Source: an uncultured delta proteobacterium (GTDB taxonomy: Bacteria > Desulfobacterota > Syntrophia > Syntrophales > UBA2185). Taken from it: a stretch of DNA of 64,000 nt. The stretch lies in the NCBI GenBank assembly GCA_963729715.1, contig CAVSPA010000005.1, positions 128,001 through 192,000 on the forward strand, read 5' to 3'. The notes under the pieces are model-generated. The model made no database searches. It was not told where the DNA came from and saw nothing but the letters and a program-made list of their open reading frames with translations. Positions 1-9,942 of the stretch are shown here, in pieces; positions within the stretch are counted from its first letter, which is position 1; every line of letters starts with the position of its first letter. A program made the translations under genes and the position numbers.

Positions 1-59
1 TCGAGAGAGTCCGCCAATATGTTATGAGCCGCATTTTATCTAAGGGGACTGAATTATGA
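1..59 (+). CDS. 3' end of upstream gene (probably YhaO/SbcD-like metallophosphoesterase partner)
   Basis: Frame from position 3 reads ERVRQYVMSRILSKGTEL-TGA and overlaps the next start as ATGA (56-59). Identity inferred only from the usual yhaO-yhaN gene order. Confidence 0.4.
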   Translation, partial: ERVRQYVMSRILSKGTEL

Positions 60-3000
60 GGATAAGAGAACTTCAACTGCGTGCCTTTGGTCCCTTTACT
101 AACATGACTCTTAACCTTGAAAAGGGCAATGAAGGGCTCCATATCCTTTACGGACCCAATGAGGCCGGAAAGAGTTCGGCCCTCCGTGCACTCAAAGCCC
201 TGCTGTATGGGATTCCACACAACTCCACAGACAATTTCATCCACAACAACAAAGATATCAGAATCGGCGGTAGGCTTTCGAACTCTGATGGATCAGAATT
301 GGCTTTTCTGAGGCGGAAAGGAAACAAGAACACGCTTCTTGACCTGGATGAAAAGGTCATCAATGATAGCATCCTGGATAAGTTTCTCCAGGGCGTTACC
401 GAGGATGCCTTCAGTATACTTTTCGGCATCGACCATAAATCACTGGTAGTTGGTGGCCAGAATATCCTGCAGGGTGAAGGCGAGATAGGCCAGAGTCTCT
501 TTTCGGCAAGTTCTGGTGGAGCAAACCTGCGCCAGATTCTGCAATCTTTCGAAACCGAAGCGGATGCCCTGTACAGGAGCAGGGGTCAGAATCAAATCAT
601 CAATAAGGCGCTGACCCGGTATTACGAGCTTAAGAAGAAAATCTCCGAGCTGTCGTTTTCTAGCCGTGAATGGGCTGAAATGGATAAGGAACTCAAAAAG
701 GCAATGACCGAGAGGACAACTCTGCAGAATGAGATGGACAAGCTTGCGGCAGAGGGAAATCGCCTGAGACGACTGCATGCTGTCATTCCTATGATCGGTA
801 CTCGTAGGGAACTTGTTGCCAGACTTGAGAAGATTGGAGATGTTATCATCCTCCCTGATGATTTCACCAATAAGCGTCACGAAGCCCAGCAACAATTTAA
901 TACAGCGCAGGAAATAAAGCGCCGGGCTGAGTTGGATCTGGAACGATTGAACGCGGATCTCAGTCTGATCGTGTTACCCCTCAAGATTCTTGACCAGGCA
1001 GAAGCCATCGAAAATATGCACCAGCGCTTAGGACAACATCGGAAGGCAACTACGGACCTCGGCACGCTTAAGGGCAGTCTTCAGCAAAACAAAATAGACG
1101 TGAAGAAATTAATGTTCGAATTTAGACCTGATCTTGACGTGGAGTCTGCCAGAAAAAAGAGGCCTAAATCAGCCGTCAAAACAAGAGTTCAAAAGCTTGG
1201 CAGCCAGCGGGAATCCCTTAAGGCGAGCCTCGATCGAGCCATGAAAGATGTCCGGGGAACCACACAGGCATTGAACAAATTGCTGGATGAGATGAATTCA
1301 CTTGAATCCCCGAAAGACGTGTTGAAGCTAAAGAAAGCACTCACCAAAGTTCAGAAGAGCGGGGACCTTACGACAAAATTAAAGGAGACAGTGAATGGCC
1401 TCAAGACCGAAGAAGCACAGATCAAGAATCAATTGAAACAACTTCCACTTTGGACACTTACATTCGAGGAATTGGGTGCTGTACCTGTACCATCATCAGA
1501 GACTATCAGTCGCTTTGAAGATGCATTTTCCGGCCTGGAAGTTCAACTCAAAAACATTGATGACCGTCTCGAAGGCGCTTATAGGGACCAGAAGGAGATT
1601 GAGCAGCAGATTGACGTTCTCAAGATTACTGGGGCTGTACCTACAGAGGAGGAGCTTGAAAGGGTAAGAGGTAAACGTCAGGAAGGATGGTCACTTGTTC
1701 GTCGCGTTTGGTTGAACAGGGAAGATGTCGAGGAAGAGATTCGCATGTTCGACCCCGAGCGGGATCTGGCGGAGGCATATGAGGTATCTGTTACTCAGGC
1801 AGATGATATTGCAGATAGGCTTCGTCGTGAGTCGACGAGGGTAGCTGATTATGCATCACTGCTGACACGTCTAACAAGGGTACAGGAAGATATCGAAAAG
1901 TGGAAAGCAGACCGGCATGAGGTAGAACAATCAGAGCAAAAATACTCGGACGAATGGAATAATACATGGAAGCCAGCAGGCATTAAGCCACTGACGCCTA
2001 GGGAAATGAGATCATGGCTCGATACATACGGTAAACTACTCCAACGGATAGACAAACTCGATGAATATAAAGCCGACATCTTGCTGACCAAGGATCTCAT
2101 AAAGGGACACCGGGTCGAATTAAACCAGTGTCTCGAAACTGTTGGCGAAGAACCATCACCTACGGAAGAGTCATTCAACGCGCTCGTTGAGAGATTCGAG
2201 ATGGTTCTCGAAACACTTGAGAAGATCAACCGGCGTAATGTCGAGCTTGAGAGGAAAATAGCCGACTCGAAGCTTGAACTCCAGCAGCATATGCAAACGA
2301 AAGAAGATACAGAGAAGAAGATCGAAGAATGGCAAGTTGATTGGGATAAATCAATGGAAGCACTCGGTTTAGCGCCCGGTATCTCCCCAGAAGAGGCATT
2401 TGTCATACTCTCAAAACTCGATGAGCTTTTCACAAAAATTGATGAGCAGGATTCTCTGAAGCAGCGAATATTAGGCATCGACTGGGACACCGAGGAGTTC
2501 ACCTCAATGGTCAAATCACTTGTTGAGCATGTGGCACCTGAGTTGTCTAATCTGCCGCCAGAACAGGCCGCAACCCAGTTGAACGCAGAGCTGGCTCGTG
2601 CCAGAACGGAATCGACTAAGCACGTGCAACTGACCAAGGAGGTCAAACAGAAAAAGAGAAGTCTTCACGAAGCGGAGAATGCCATTCTTCTGGCAACAGA
2701 GAAATTGAATAATCTTTGCGTACAAGCAGGATGTGCAAGCCACGACGAGTTGGAAATCCGTGAGAGGGATTCATCGAATTATCAGAATTTGAGAAAAGAG
2801 ATCGATTCTATCGAAAGGCAGATCATAGAGCTGAGCGGTGGGATAGGCCTACAGCAGATTTTGCAAGAGGCGGAGATGATCGACATAGATACGTTACACG
2901 CGCAGATCGATGCCATGGAAAACGAATTGGCGGAACTGAAGAAACAGCACAACGACCTCGGCGAGAAAATAGGAAGCTTAAGAAATGAATTAGGGCGCAT

Positions 3001-3559
3001 TGATGGTTCCTCAGCGGCGACGGCCGCAGCAGAGGAAGCACAGGAGTACCTCGCCAGCATCCGCGAAAGCGTGGATGATTATGTCAAGGTTCGCCTTGCC
3101 TCAATTGTTCTCAGACAAGCCATCGAGAATTACAGGGCAAAAAACCAAGGGCCGCTCTTGTCCAGAGCAAGTGAGCTTTTCTCAAGGCTTACATTGGGGT
3201 CATTCGCAGGCTTGAAAACAGATTACAATGCTTGTGACGAACCCATTCTCCAGGGTGTTCGGTCAAATGGTAATTCCGTTGATGTGTACGGTATGAGTGA
3301 TGGGACTATTGATCAGCTTTATCTTGCCTTGCGACTGGCAACAGTAGAAAAATATTTGGAAAGTAACGAGCCAATCCCCTTTATTGTGGATGATATCCTC
3401 ATCCGGTTTGACGATGACAGGGCCAAGGCAACCCTAATGGTGCTTGCCGATTTATCAAAAAAGACACAAGTCCTTTTCTTCACTCATCATACAAGGCTGG
3501 TTGAGCTCTCACAAGGGATGAAAAACGAATCCGGACTGTATGTCTATCAGATCAATTAA
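56..3559 (+). CDS. yhaN: YhaN-family SMC/Rad50-like coiled-coil ABC ATPase
   Basis: Walker A GPNEAGKS, long coiled coil, signature MSDGT, Walker B FIVDD, H-loop FTHH; 1167 aa. Confidence 0.85.
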   Translation: MRIRELQLRAFGPFTNMTLNLEKGNEGLHILYGPNEAGKSSALRALKALLYGIPHNSTDNFIHNNKDIRIGGRLSNSDGSELAFLRRKGNKNTLLDLDEKVINDSILDKFLQGVTEDAFSILFGIDHKSLVVGGQNILQGEGEIGQSLFSASSGGANLRQILQSFETEADALYRSRGQNQIINKALTRYYELKKKISELSFSSREWAEMDKELKKAMTERTTLQNEMDKLAAEGNRLRRLHAVIPMIGTRRELVARLEKIGDVIILPDDFTNKRHEAQQQFNTAQEIKRRAELDLERLNADLSLIVLPLKILDQAEAIENMHQRLGQHRKATTDLGTLKGSLQQNKIDVKKLMFEFRPDLDVESARKKRPKSAVKTRVQKLGSQRESLKASLDRAMKDVRGTTQALNKLLDEMNSLESPKDVLKLKKALTKVQKSGDLTTKLKETVNGLKTEEAQIKNQLKQLPLWTLTFEELGAVPVPSSETISRFEDAFSGLEVQLKNIDDRLEGAYRDQKEIEQQIDVLKITGAVPTEEELERVRGKRQEGWSLVRRVWLNREDVEEEIRMFDPERDLAEAYEVSVTQADDIADRLRRESTRVADYASLLTRLTRVQEDIEKWKADRHEVEQSEQKYSDEWNNTWKPAGIKPLTPREMRSWLDTYGKLLQRIDKLDEYKADILLTKDLIKGHRVELNQCLETVGEEPSPTEESFNALVERFEMVLETLEKINRRNVELERKIADSKLELQQHMQTKEDTEKKIEEWQVDWDKSMEALGLAPGISPEEAFVILSKLDELFTKIDEQDSLKQRILGIDWDTEEFTSMVKSLVEHVAPELSNLPPEQAATQLNAELARARTESTKHVQLTKEVKQKKRSLHEAENAILLATEKLNNLCVQAGCASHDELEIRERDSSNYQNLRKEIDSIERQIIELSGGIGLQQILQEAEMIDIDTLHAQIDAMENELAELKKQHNDLGEKIGSLRNELGRIDGSSAATAAAEEAQEYLASIRESVDDYVKVRLASIVLRQAIENYRAKNQGPLLSRASELFSRLTLGSFAGLKTDYNACDEPILQGVRSNGNSVDVYGMSDGTIDQLYLALRLATVEKYLESNEPIPFIVDDILIRFDDDRAKATLMVLADLSKKTQVLFFTHHTRLVELSQGMKNESGLYVYQIN

Positions 3560-3633
3560 CGCTCTTATCTTCTGTCCTACGATTACTCTATTTTCGTGGG
3601 TTGAAATACAAAGAAAATGTTCGTGTCCTTCCG

Positions 3634-3808
3634 GTAAGCATGCATGGAAAATAATGGCGAGGGGCAAACCATTGGTTGTGAAATGCGAAAGGAGGTAACC
3701 GATGAATCAGAAATCCATGCCCACTACAAGCTAACCCTTGAAGACGTGCATTATCGATTCGAGCAATGGCGTGAGGAAAAGATCAATGCATACGATAAGG
3801 TTCTTTGA
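3634..3808 (+). pseudogene. Possible IS66-family left-end remnant
   Basis: Begins GTAAGC (IS66-type terminus). A strong RBS (AAAGGAGG) and ATG at 3702 lead into a frameshifted fragment LTLEDVHYRFEQWR resembling IS66 accessory ORFs. Confidence 0.3.
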
Positions 3809-3951
3809 GGGGTATCTTTAAGAGATCGTCAATTATCTTAAAAATAATCTGTCCTGACCTATATTTAATTTTACAGACACTGTCAAAACAGGTGCCTTTC
3901 AGGGCAAAAGATACATCACATTTCAAATTCCCAATCTCCTTTCCGTTATTT

Positions 3952-6540
3952 TTACCAAATAGACGTTATATTTTGCAGATCCAAGAAAGCCCCCAATGGC
4001 ACTGCATGCCAATATGAAGTATCGGAGCCATGTGTCAATAGAATCTGAGTTATTGTATTAGAACTCAACCCTCTGACAGGAATTAAATGATTGACAGGCA
4101 CTCTTACTTTGTGCCGTAACGCCTGTTCGGAATATCCTTCAGAAGATTTTTCACAATTTTTGTCAATCGTATCCGAGATTGTTTTCATATCCACGTATTT
4201 AATAAGGGAGACTAGTTCGTTGGCTTCAGCATATGCTGCCTCGGGGTCCTTAATATTTCTTACAGACATACAAATCCTACGATAAATATTTATGAATTCC
4301 TTAAAAACACGTTCTTCCTTAATTTGATAGCAAGACCTGGGGTCTAAACCCAAATGCATTGTGAGATGAAGGTTGTCGAGAGCCTTGACGACTTGAGCCC
4401 AAGGATTAACTTCGGAGTCACAAGGTCTTTTAAGTGCTGCCGATTGAAACTCTCTCCATCTATATTTTACATCAGTATATACGTATGAGCCAGTCGTTTG
4501 TGCCAAATACAACGCCATCTCCAGATTTCCACCCATTCGTAATATTTGGAGCTGCCCTCCATCTTTTCCAGGGATTTGCGGTTGCAAGGGTGCCAAGGGG
4601 TCAGCAAGTTTTTCTTCTTGGGCGTATTCTACGGCTTTTTCAATTTCTTCTTCGGAAATGTCAGGCATGGCACTTTTCATCTGATGCTTGAGACTTTCGC
4701 GAGGTAAGTTCAGCATGAATCTCCTGAAATCATCGCGCATCAGTTTGATGGCCAGCTCTGAGTCTTCTTTACTCGGTCCGCGGCCTTTCATCCTTGCTTC
4801 CGCCATTGTGTAAATTCGTTTTCGGAAATATGGATCGAAATCACAAGGATCGGGAATCATTTCGACTATATCAGCCTCTATAAGAGGCATTAGAAGCGTC
4901 ATAAGAAAAATGTTTTTTATCGTGTCGTTCCTATATTGAGAAGGAGAGTTAAATGGACTGTATTCTTGAGTCATAACTCTTGGATTCGGGAAAGGTGAAA
5001 TTATGATGATTTTATCAACATACAAAGAATAACCCACAATAGTGATAGGAACTATCCGCGGATCCATAGTTCCACTGTAAAAAGCGCTCAGTTTATCACT
5101 CGGCTTTGGAATCATACTCATTATTTCAGTATCCGGATTCCAGAGCCTCCCGACAACACGGTATAGTTCTTTTATTTTATCATCAGTGAGCTCTCTACGA
5201 AAATCATCCCAATTCTTGCCTTTTGAAAAGCCAAATATTTCCCAAATTGCATTAAATAAAATCTGGTTTCTATGTTTTATTGAATATTTTCGTACAGGAT
5301 CGTCACTGTCTTCTCGACTAGTATGCCTACGTCCAAATTCATCTTGATACCAAGCAAGTCCCCCGTCTTTGCTACCTACATAGATCTCTCCTCCAAAATG
5401 CCACATTTCTTTTTGGGGAGGCAATAGCACCTTGTGCAACGATTTCCATTCAGTTGGTTTAAGGCCTTGCTCTGGATAAAGCCATTCCCGTCGGGCAGCC
5501 GCAATATATTTCCGGGCTCTTTTTTTAACTATATAATTGATTGCACATACTTCTTCTGGTTTTAATCTCCTGTCTCTAACAACTATATCCCACCTTGTCA
5601 GGGTATTTGCAAAATACCTCGGATTAGTCCTGCTGCTTAGGGGATCTACTTCGTTTGGGTTACGAGCATATTCAAGGTTGGTGAGAATAAAGCAATGGTT
5701 AAGGTCCAAAGGAAAGATAGTTTGCGAAGCTTTCCATGCTGTGGGGGGATCATTCGGGTATCTGCATTTTTCTGAATCTGGGGCACACGCGAGATTGTAT
5801 ATTGTGACAGGATGATCTGAAATGATAAATTTTACATCTGAGTCTTCTGCGGATACTATTTCCATTACGCCCTCAACCCACATTGTGCAGTGCATCGTTC
5901 TAAGGAACTGCATTTCCAACATCAATTCTAAGTGGGAGAGTTGAAAATAGTTGGAGCGGATCCAATCAAGCCCTTTTGGCGTTCTAAGTTTCTGCGCATC
6001 CATGTAAACGAATATTTCTTGAAATAATTTAGATAAAATTTTGAAATCTTGGGCCACTAGAGCACGAATTGCCTCACGCCCATCATTATCTATCTTTCCA
6101 AATAGAAACTCTTCAATTTCTTCGTTCCTAATGCCGAAAAATTTAGTTGTATATAAATCTTTCTCGTAGAAACAATTCCCCGGACCCCATATATATAGGT
6201 CCTTAAGCTTAACTTGTCTTTTGTCAGAAAGCTCTTTGAAAGGTTGAAGATTTAGATAGTAGAGCGAAGTTTGCGCCGTTGGTAGGAAACCTTTTTGATA
6301 CCAGATGGGGACATAGTGATGTTTCCGTCTTTTGGGGCGCATATGAAGCATGGTAGGTGACAAGGTGTTCCGTTTTTCAAAAAAAATACCATTGCCGATA
6401 TTTCGCTCTACGAAGTGAGTTGGGGGTAATATATGGTCGGACGAAGTTGGTACTTGCGGTTTAGAAAGACAGCATTTCTTGTATTTTTTGCCGCTACCGC
6501 AAGGACAAGGATCGTTTCGACTAATTTTTCTTTTTTTCAT
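3952..6540 (-). CDS. SEC-C zinc motif + DUF4238 domain protein with long uncharacterised C-terminus
   Basis: N-terminal RNDPCPCGSGKKYKKCC; KHHYVPIWYQKGF and FIISDHPV motifs typical of DUF4238; 862 aa. Confidence 0.8.
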   Translation of the reverse strand: MKKRKISRNDPCPCGSGKKYKKCCLSKPQVPTSSDHILPPTHFVERNIGNGIFFEKRNTLSPTMLHMRPKRRKHHYVPIWYQKGFLPTAQTSLYYLNLQPFKELSDKRQVKLKDLYIWGPGNCFYEKDLYTTKFFGIRNEEIEEFLFGKIDNDGREAIRALVAQDFKILSKLFQEIFVYMDAQKLRTPKGLDWIRSNYFQLSHLELMLEMQFLRTMHCTMWVEGVMEIVSAEDSDVKFIISDHPVTIYNLACAPDSEKCRYPNDPPTAWKASQTIFPLDLNHCFILTNLEYARNPNEVDPLSSRTNPRYFANTLTRWDIVVRDRRLKPEEVCAINYIVKKRARKYIAAARREWLYPEQGLKPTEWKSLHKVLLPPQKEMWHFGGEIYVGSKDGGLAWYQDEFGRRHTSREDSDDPVRKYSIKHRNQILFNAIWEIFGFSKGKNWDDFRRELTDDKIKELYRVVGRLWNPDTEIMSMIPKPSDKLSAFYSGTMDPRIVPITIVGYSLYVDKIIIISPFPNPRVMTQEYSPFNSPSQYRNDTIKNIFLMTLLMPLIEADIVEMIPDPCDFDPYFRKRIYTMAEARMKGRGPSKEDSELAIKLMRDDFRRFMLNLPRESLKHQMKSAMPDISEEEIEKAVEYAQEEKLADPLAPLQPQIPGKDGGQLQILRMGGNLEMALYLAQTTGSYVYTDVKYRWREFQSAALKRPCDSEVNPWAQVVKALDNLHLTMHLGLDPRSCYQIKEERVFKEFINIYRRICMSVRNIKDPEAAYAEANELVSLIKYVDMKTISDTIDKNCEKSSEGYSEQALRHKVRVPVNHLIPVRGLSSNTITQILLTHGSDTSYWHAVPLGAFLDLQNITSIW

Positions 6541-6815
6541 GAGAAAGTCTTTTTAGGACATTCTGAAAACTCCATGTGGACCCATGTAATTAGTGCATTT
6601 CTGCTGCTGGTAACACTTGTGAGTATTCCGACGCAAGCCGCCACCCGAATATGATTGAAAGCGCCACCCTAATATGATTCATTCCGCCACCCGAATATGA
6701 CGGAAAGCGCCACCCGATTCCGATCCAATCCGCCACCCCTGATGAAGGGATAAACGACGCTGGATAAATCCGATGAAAGCCGTTAGGACTCCTGACAAAA
6801 ACCCAGGAGGACACC

Positions 6816-8378
6816 GTGGCGGCAGAAAGGTTATCCATGCGCACCATAAAAGAAGTTCTACGATTGAAGTGGGAGAAAAAGTTCTCCAACCAGCAGATTT
6901 CACAAAGCTGCAATATCGCCCGGAGCACAATCAGGGGATACTTGGCACGCGCTCAAAACGCCGGTCTGAGTTGGCCTCTGAGCCCCGATCTCGATGACGG
7001 CTCCCTTGAAGCGCTGATGTTTCCGCCAGCACCAACAAAAGCCCCTGACAAGGGAGGACTACCCGCAATGGAGTACCTCCGTAAGGAGCTGAACCGCAAG
7101 GGGGTAACCCTATATCTTCTGTGGCTGGAATATAGAGCAGCCAACCCGGATGGGTATCAATACAGTCAGTTCTGTCTCCTTTATCGCCAGTGGACGGGCA
7201 AGCTGGATGTTTGCCTGCGCCAGACCCATCGGGCCGGGGAAAAGGTCTTTGTTGACTATGCCGGTCAGACGATCCCTGTTACGGATCCGGTTTCCGGGCA
7301 AATAAAAGAGGCGCATCTTTTTATCGCCGCCTTGGGCGCCAGCAGCTACACGTTTGCGTGGGCCTCTTTCTCGCAGGATCTTCCTTCCTGGGTCGATGCC
7401 CATATCCGGGCATTTAACTTCTTCGAGGGCGTCCCGGAGATCCTTGTTCCCGACAATCTCAAATCCGGCGTGAACAAACCCTGCACCTACGAACCGGACA
7501 TCAATCCGACCTATCATGATCTGGCGGAACATTATGGAGCGGTAGTCATTCCCACCCGCATCGCCAAACCGAAGGACAAGGCCAAAGCAGAATCGGCGGT
7601 TTTTGTGGCGGAACGGTGGATCTTGGCGGCGCTTCGGAACCACACTTTCTTCGGCATCGTGGAACTGAACCGGGCTATTGCCGAAAAGCTTCAGGACATG
7701 AACAGCCGCAAGTTCCAAAAGATGGACGGCACCCGGAGGAGTCTTTACGAAACCATTGACCGGCCAGCTTTGAAACCGCTGCCTTCTTCTCCTTATGAAT
7801 ATGCCGAATGGAAGAAGGCGAGAGTCAACATCGATTACCACATCGAGATCGACGGTCACTATTACAGTGTTCCCTATCAACTTGTAAAAGAACAGGTGGA
7901 GGTCCGCTTCACGGCGACCACCATCGAGGCGTTGTTCAAAAACCGTCGCGTCGCAACCCATCCGAGAAGTTACCACAGAGGTGCGCACACAACGCTGGCA
8001 GAACATATGCCCAAGGCACACCAAAAATATTTAGAATGGACTCCTTCCCGGATCATGGACTGGGCAGGTAAAAACGGTCCCAACACCCGTAATCTGGCTT
8101 CCTGCATCATGGAGAACCGTAAACATCCGGAGCAGGGTTTCCGCTCCTGTCTGGGCATCATGAGGCTGGTAAAGCGATACTCATCCGAGCGGGTGGAGGC
8201 AGCCTGTGGACGTTCCCTGCTGCTGAGGGCCTACAGTTACAAGAGCGTCGAATCGATCCTGAAAACCAACCTTGACAAACAGGAGTTGCCGGAATCCCTC
8301 TCTTCCGAAAAACCGATCCTCCATTACAACATCCGGGGAAGGGAATATTACCAGCAAGAGGAGGCTGTCGATGCTTGA
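6816..8378 (+). CDS. istA: IS21 transposase
   Basis: N-terminal HTH, FVDYAG, LVPDNLKS and KDKAKAE DDE-region motifs. Confidence 0.95.
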   Translation: MAAERLSMRTIKEVLRLKWEKKFSNQQISQSCNIARSTIRGYLARAQNAGLSWPLSPDLDDGSLEALMFPPAPTKAPDKGGLPAMEYLRKELNRKGVTLYLLWLEYRAANPDGYQYSQFCLLYRQWTGKLDVCLRQTHRAGEKVFVDYAGQTIPVTDPVSGQIKEAHLFIAALGASSYTFAWASFSQDLPSWVDAHIRAFNFFEGVPEILVPDNLKSGVNKPCTYEPDINPTYHDLAEHYGAVVIPTRIAKPKDKAKAESAVFVAERWILAALRNHTFFGIVELNRAIAEKLQDMNSRKFQKMDGTRRSLYETIDRPALKPLPSSPYEYAEWKKARVNIDYHIEIDGHYYSVPYQLVKEQVEVRFTATTIEALFKNRRVATHPRSYHRGAHTTLAEHMPKAHQKYLEWTPSRIMDWAGKNGPNTRNLASCIMENRKHPEQGFRSCLGIMRLVKRYSSERVEAACGRSLLLRAYSYKSVESILKTNLDKQELPESLSSEKPILHYNIRGREYYQQEEAVDA

Positions 8379-9114
8379 TCAACAGACCATAAACAAACTT
8401 TATGAACTGAAACTGACGGGCATGGCGGAGGCCTTCGCCGATCAGCAAAACCAGCCGGATATGGATAAGCTCTCCTTCGCAGAACGTTTCGGTCTTATTG
8501 TAGATCGTCAATGGACCTGGAAAGAAAACAACCGATTGGAACGATATCTGAAAAATGCCCGGATGAAACTCAATGCCTGCATTGAGGATATCGACTATAA
8601 AACCCCGCGGGGACTCGATCGCTCAGTTATGATGAGCCTCAGCTCCTGCGATTGGGTCAAACGACACCACAACATTATTATCACCGGCCCCACCGGTGCG
8701 GGAAAAACCTTCCTCGCCTGCGCTCTGACCAACAAGGCTTGTCGGGAAGGATACCGTGCTCTCTACGTCCGATCCCCCGCGTTCTCATACCAGATGGTCC
8801 TGGCCAGGGGAGACGGAAGCTACGGCAAGACCATCAACAAACTCGCCAAGGCCCATGTCCTGGTGATTGACGATCTCGGCCTTGCTCCCATGACCGATGC
8901 CGAACGAAGAGACCTCCTGGAGGTCGTTGAGGAAAGACATGGCCACGCCTCTACTATCGTCGCCAGTCAACTCCCCGTGGAGCACTGGCATGAACAGATC
9001 GGCGATCCCACCATCGCCGATGCTATCCTTGACCGGTTGATCCATAACGCCCATAAAATAAACCTGTCCATGAAAGGAGGCTCCCTGAGAAAAAAATATG
9101 CCGGCTTGACCTGA
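8371..9114 (+). CDS. istB: IS21 helper AAA+ ATPase
   Basis: GPTGAGKT, LVIDD, DAILDRL; ATG at 8371 after GAGGAGG, overlapping the istA stop. Confidence 0.95.
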   Translation: MLDQQTINKLYELKLTGMAEAFADQQNQPDMDKLSFAERFGLIVDRQWTWKENNRLERYLKNARMKLNACIEDIDYKTPRGLDRSVMMSLSSCDWVKRHHNIIITGPTGAGKTFLACALTNKACREGYRALYVRSPAFSYQMVLARGDGSYGKTINKLAKAHVLVIDDLGLAPMTDAERRDLLEVVEERHGHASTIVASQLPVEHWHEQIGDPTIADAILDRLIHNAHKINLSMKGGSLRKKYAGLT

Positions 9115-9942
9115 AGAAGCTTCTATGAGAAAGAGCTAAAAACCAGCGTCGCTATGCTCCGACAAGGGGTGGCGGAATCAACCGGAACACCCTGGCGCTT
9201 TGAATCGGAACAGGGTGGCCGCTTCCTTCGGAATCGAGTGGCGGAATCATCGGAATAGGCAACTTGTACTTATTGCTTAGTTTTTATATCAGTCTATTAA
9301 GCTTATGGCTCTTTTTATTTATAAATTTTGGAATCCAATATTCATCTTTTGCGTGATATAAGAAGCGTGTAGCGTTTAAAGCTGTCCTTCGATTAATTTC
9401 CCTGATTGCTTGCTTATCTATGGGAGAATACCCTTTTTTTATATCTTTTCTCCAGGTAGCCCAGAGAACAATATGACTTGAAATTGGGAAAGTGACTTCT
9501 GACTCTGGCCTTCCGATTCCCATCCACGGGAAATAATAAACAGGATTGTCGCATGTCAAAAATACAGGAGCATCATCACACGTTAGAAAATGCCAAGTCA
9601 TTCGAAACAGCGCATTTATCGTGTTCGGACTTCTTTCTGGTGGTATCAATGATAACCAGAAATCTTTCGGAGGATTTTTCGAATACTCTTCTAAATTATT
9701 TTTTATTTCAGCCCTTCTTTTTTGGAGCAAATCTGTTTTATCTGGATGCTTATCGATTGAATTAGAAATTATTCTATCCCATTCCTCTTGCTGTTGTTGC
9801 GCGACACCAGGGGCCATTTCTTTCATCATGATCTTGCTTCGGGGAACCCGTTTAAGCATTACGACCATATAGGTCGCTAAGATTTCTTTATCTTGCTCTG
9901 TTATTTCTTTTTTGCCCCGAATTTTTTCGATTACCTTATTTG

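Larger units (their letters stand above)
6620..9261 (+). mobile_element. IS21-family insertion sequence, complete
   Basis: Ends TGAGTATTCCG...CGGAATAGGCA, multiple GCCACC-containing subterminal repeats, 5-bp target duplication ACTTG (6615-6619 and 9262-9266). Confidence 0.95.

Noticed and set aside
6630..6740. Five ~23-bp periodic GCCACCC repeats resembling a mini-CRISPR
   Set aside because: No unique spacers or cas genes; mirrored at 9165-9261; these are IS21 terminal transposase-binding repeats.
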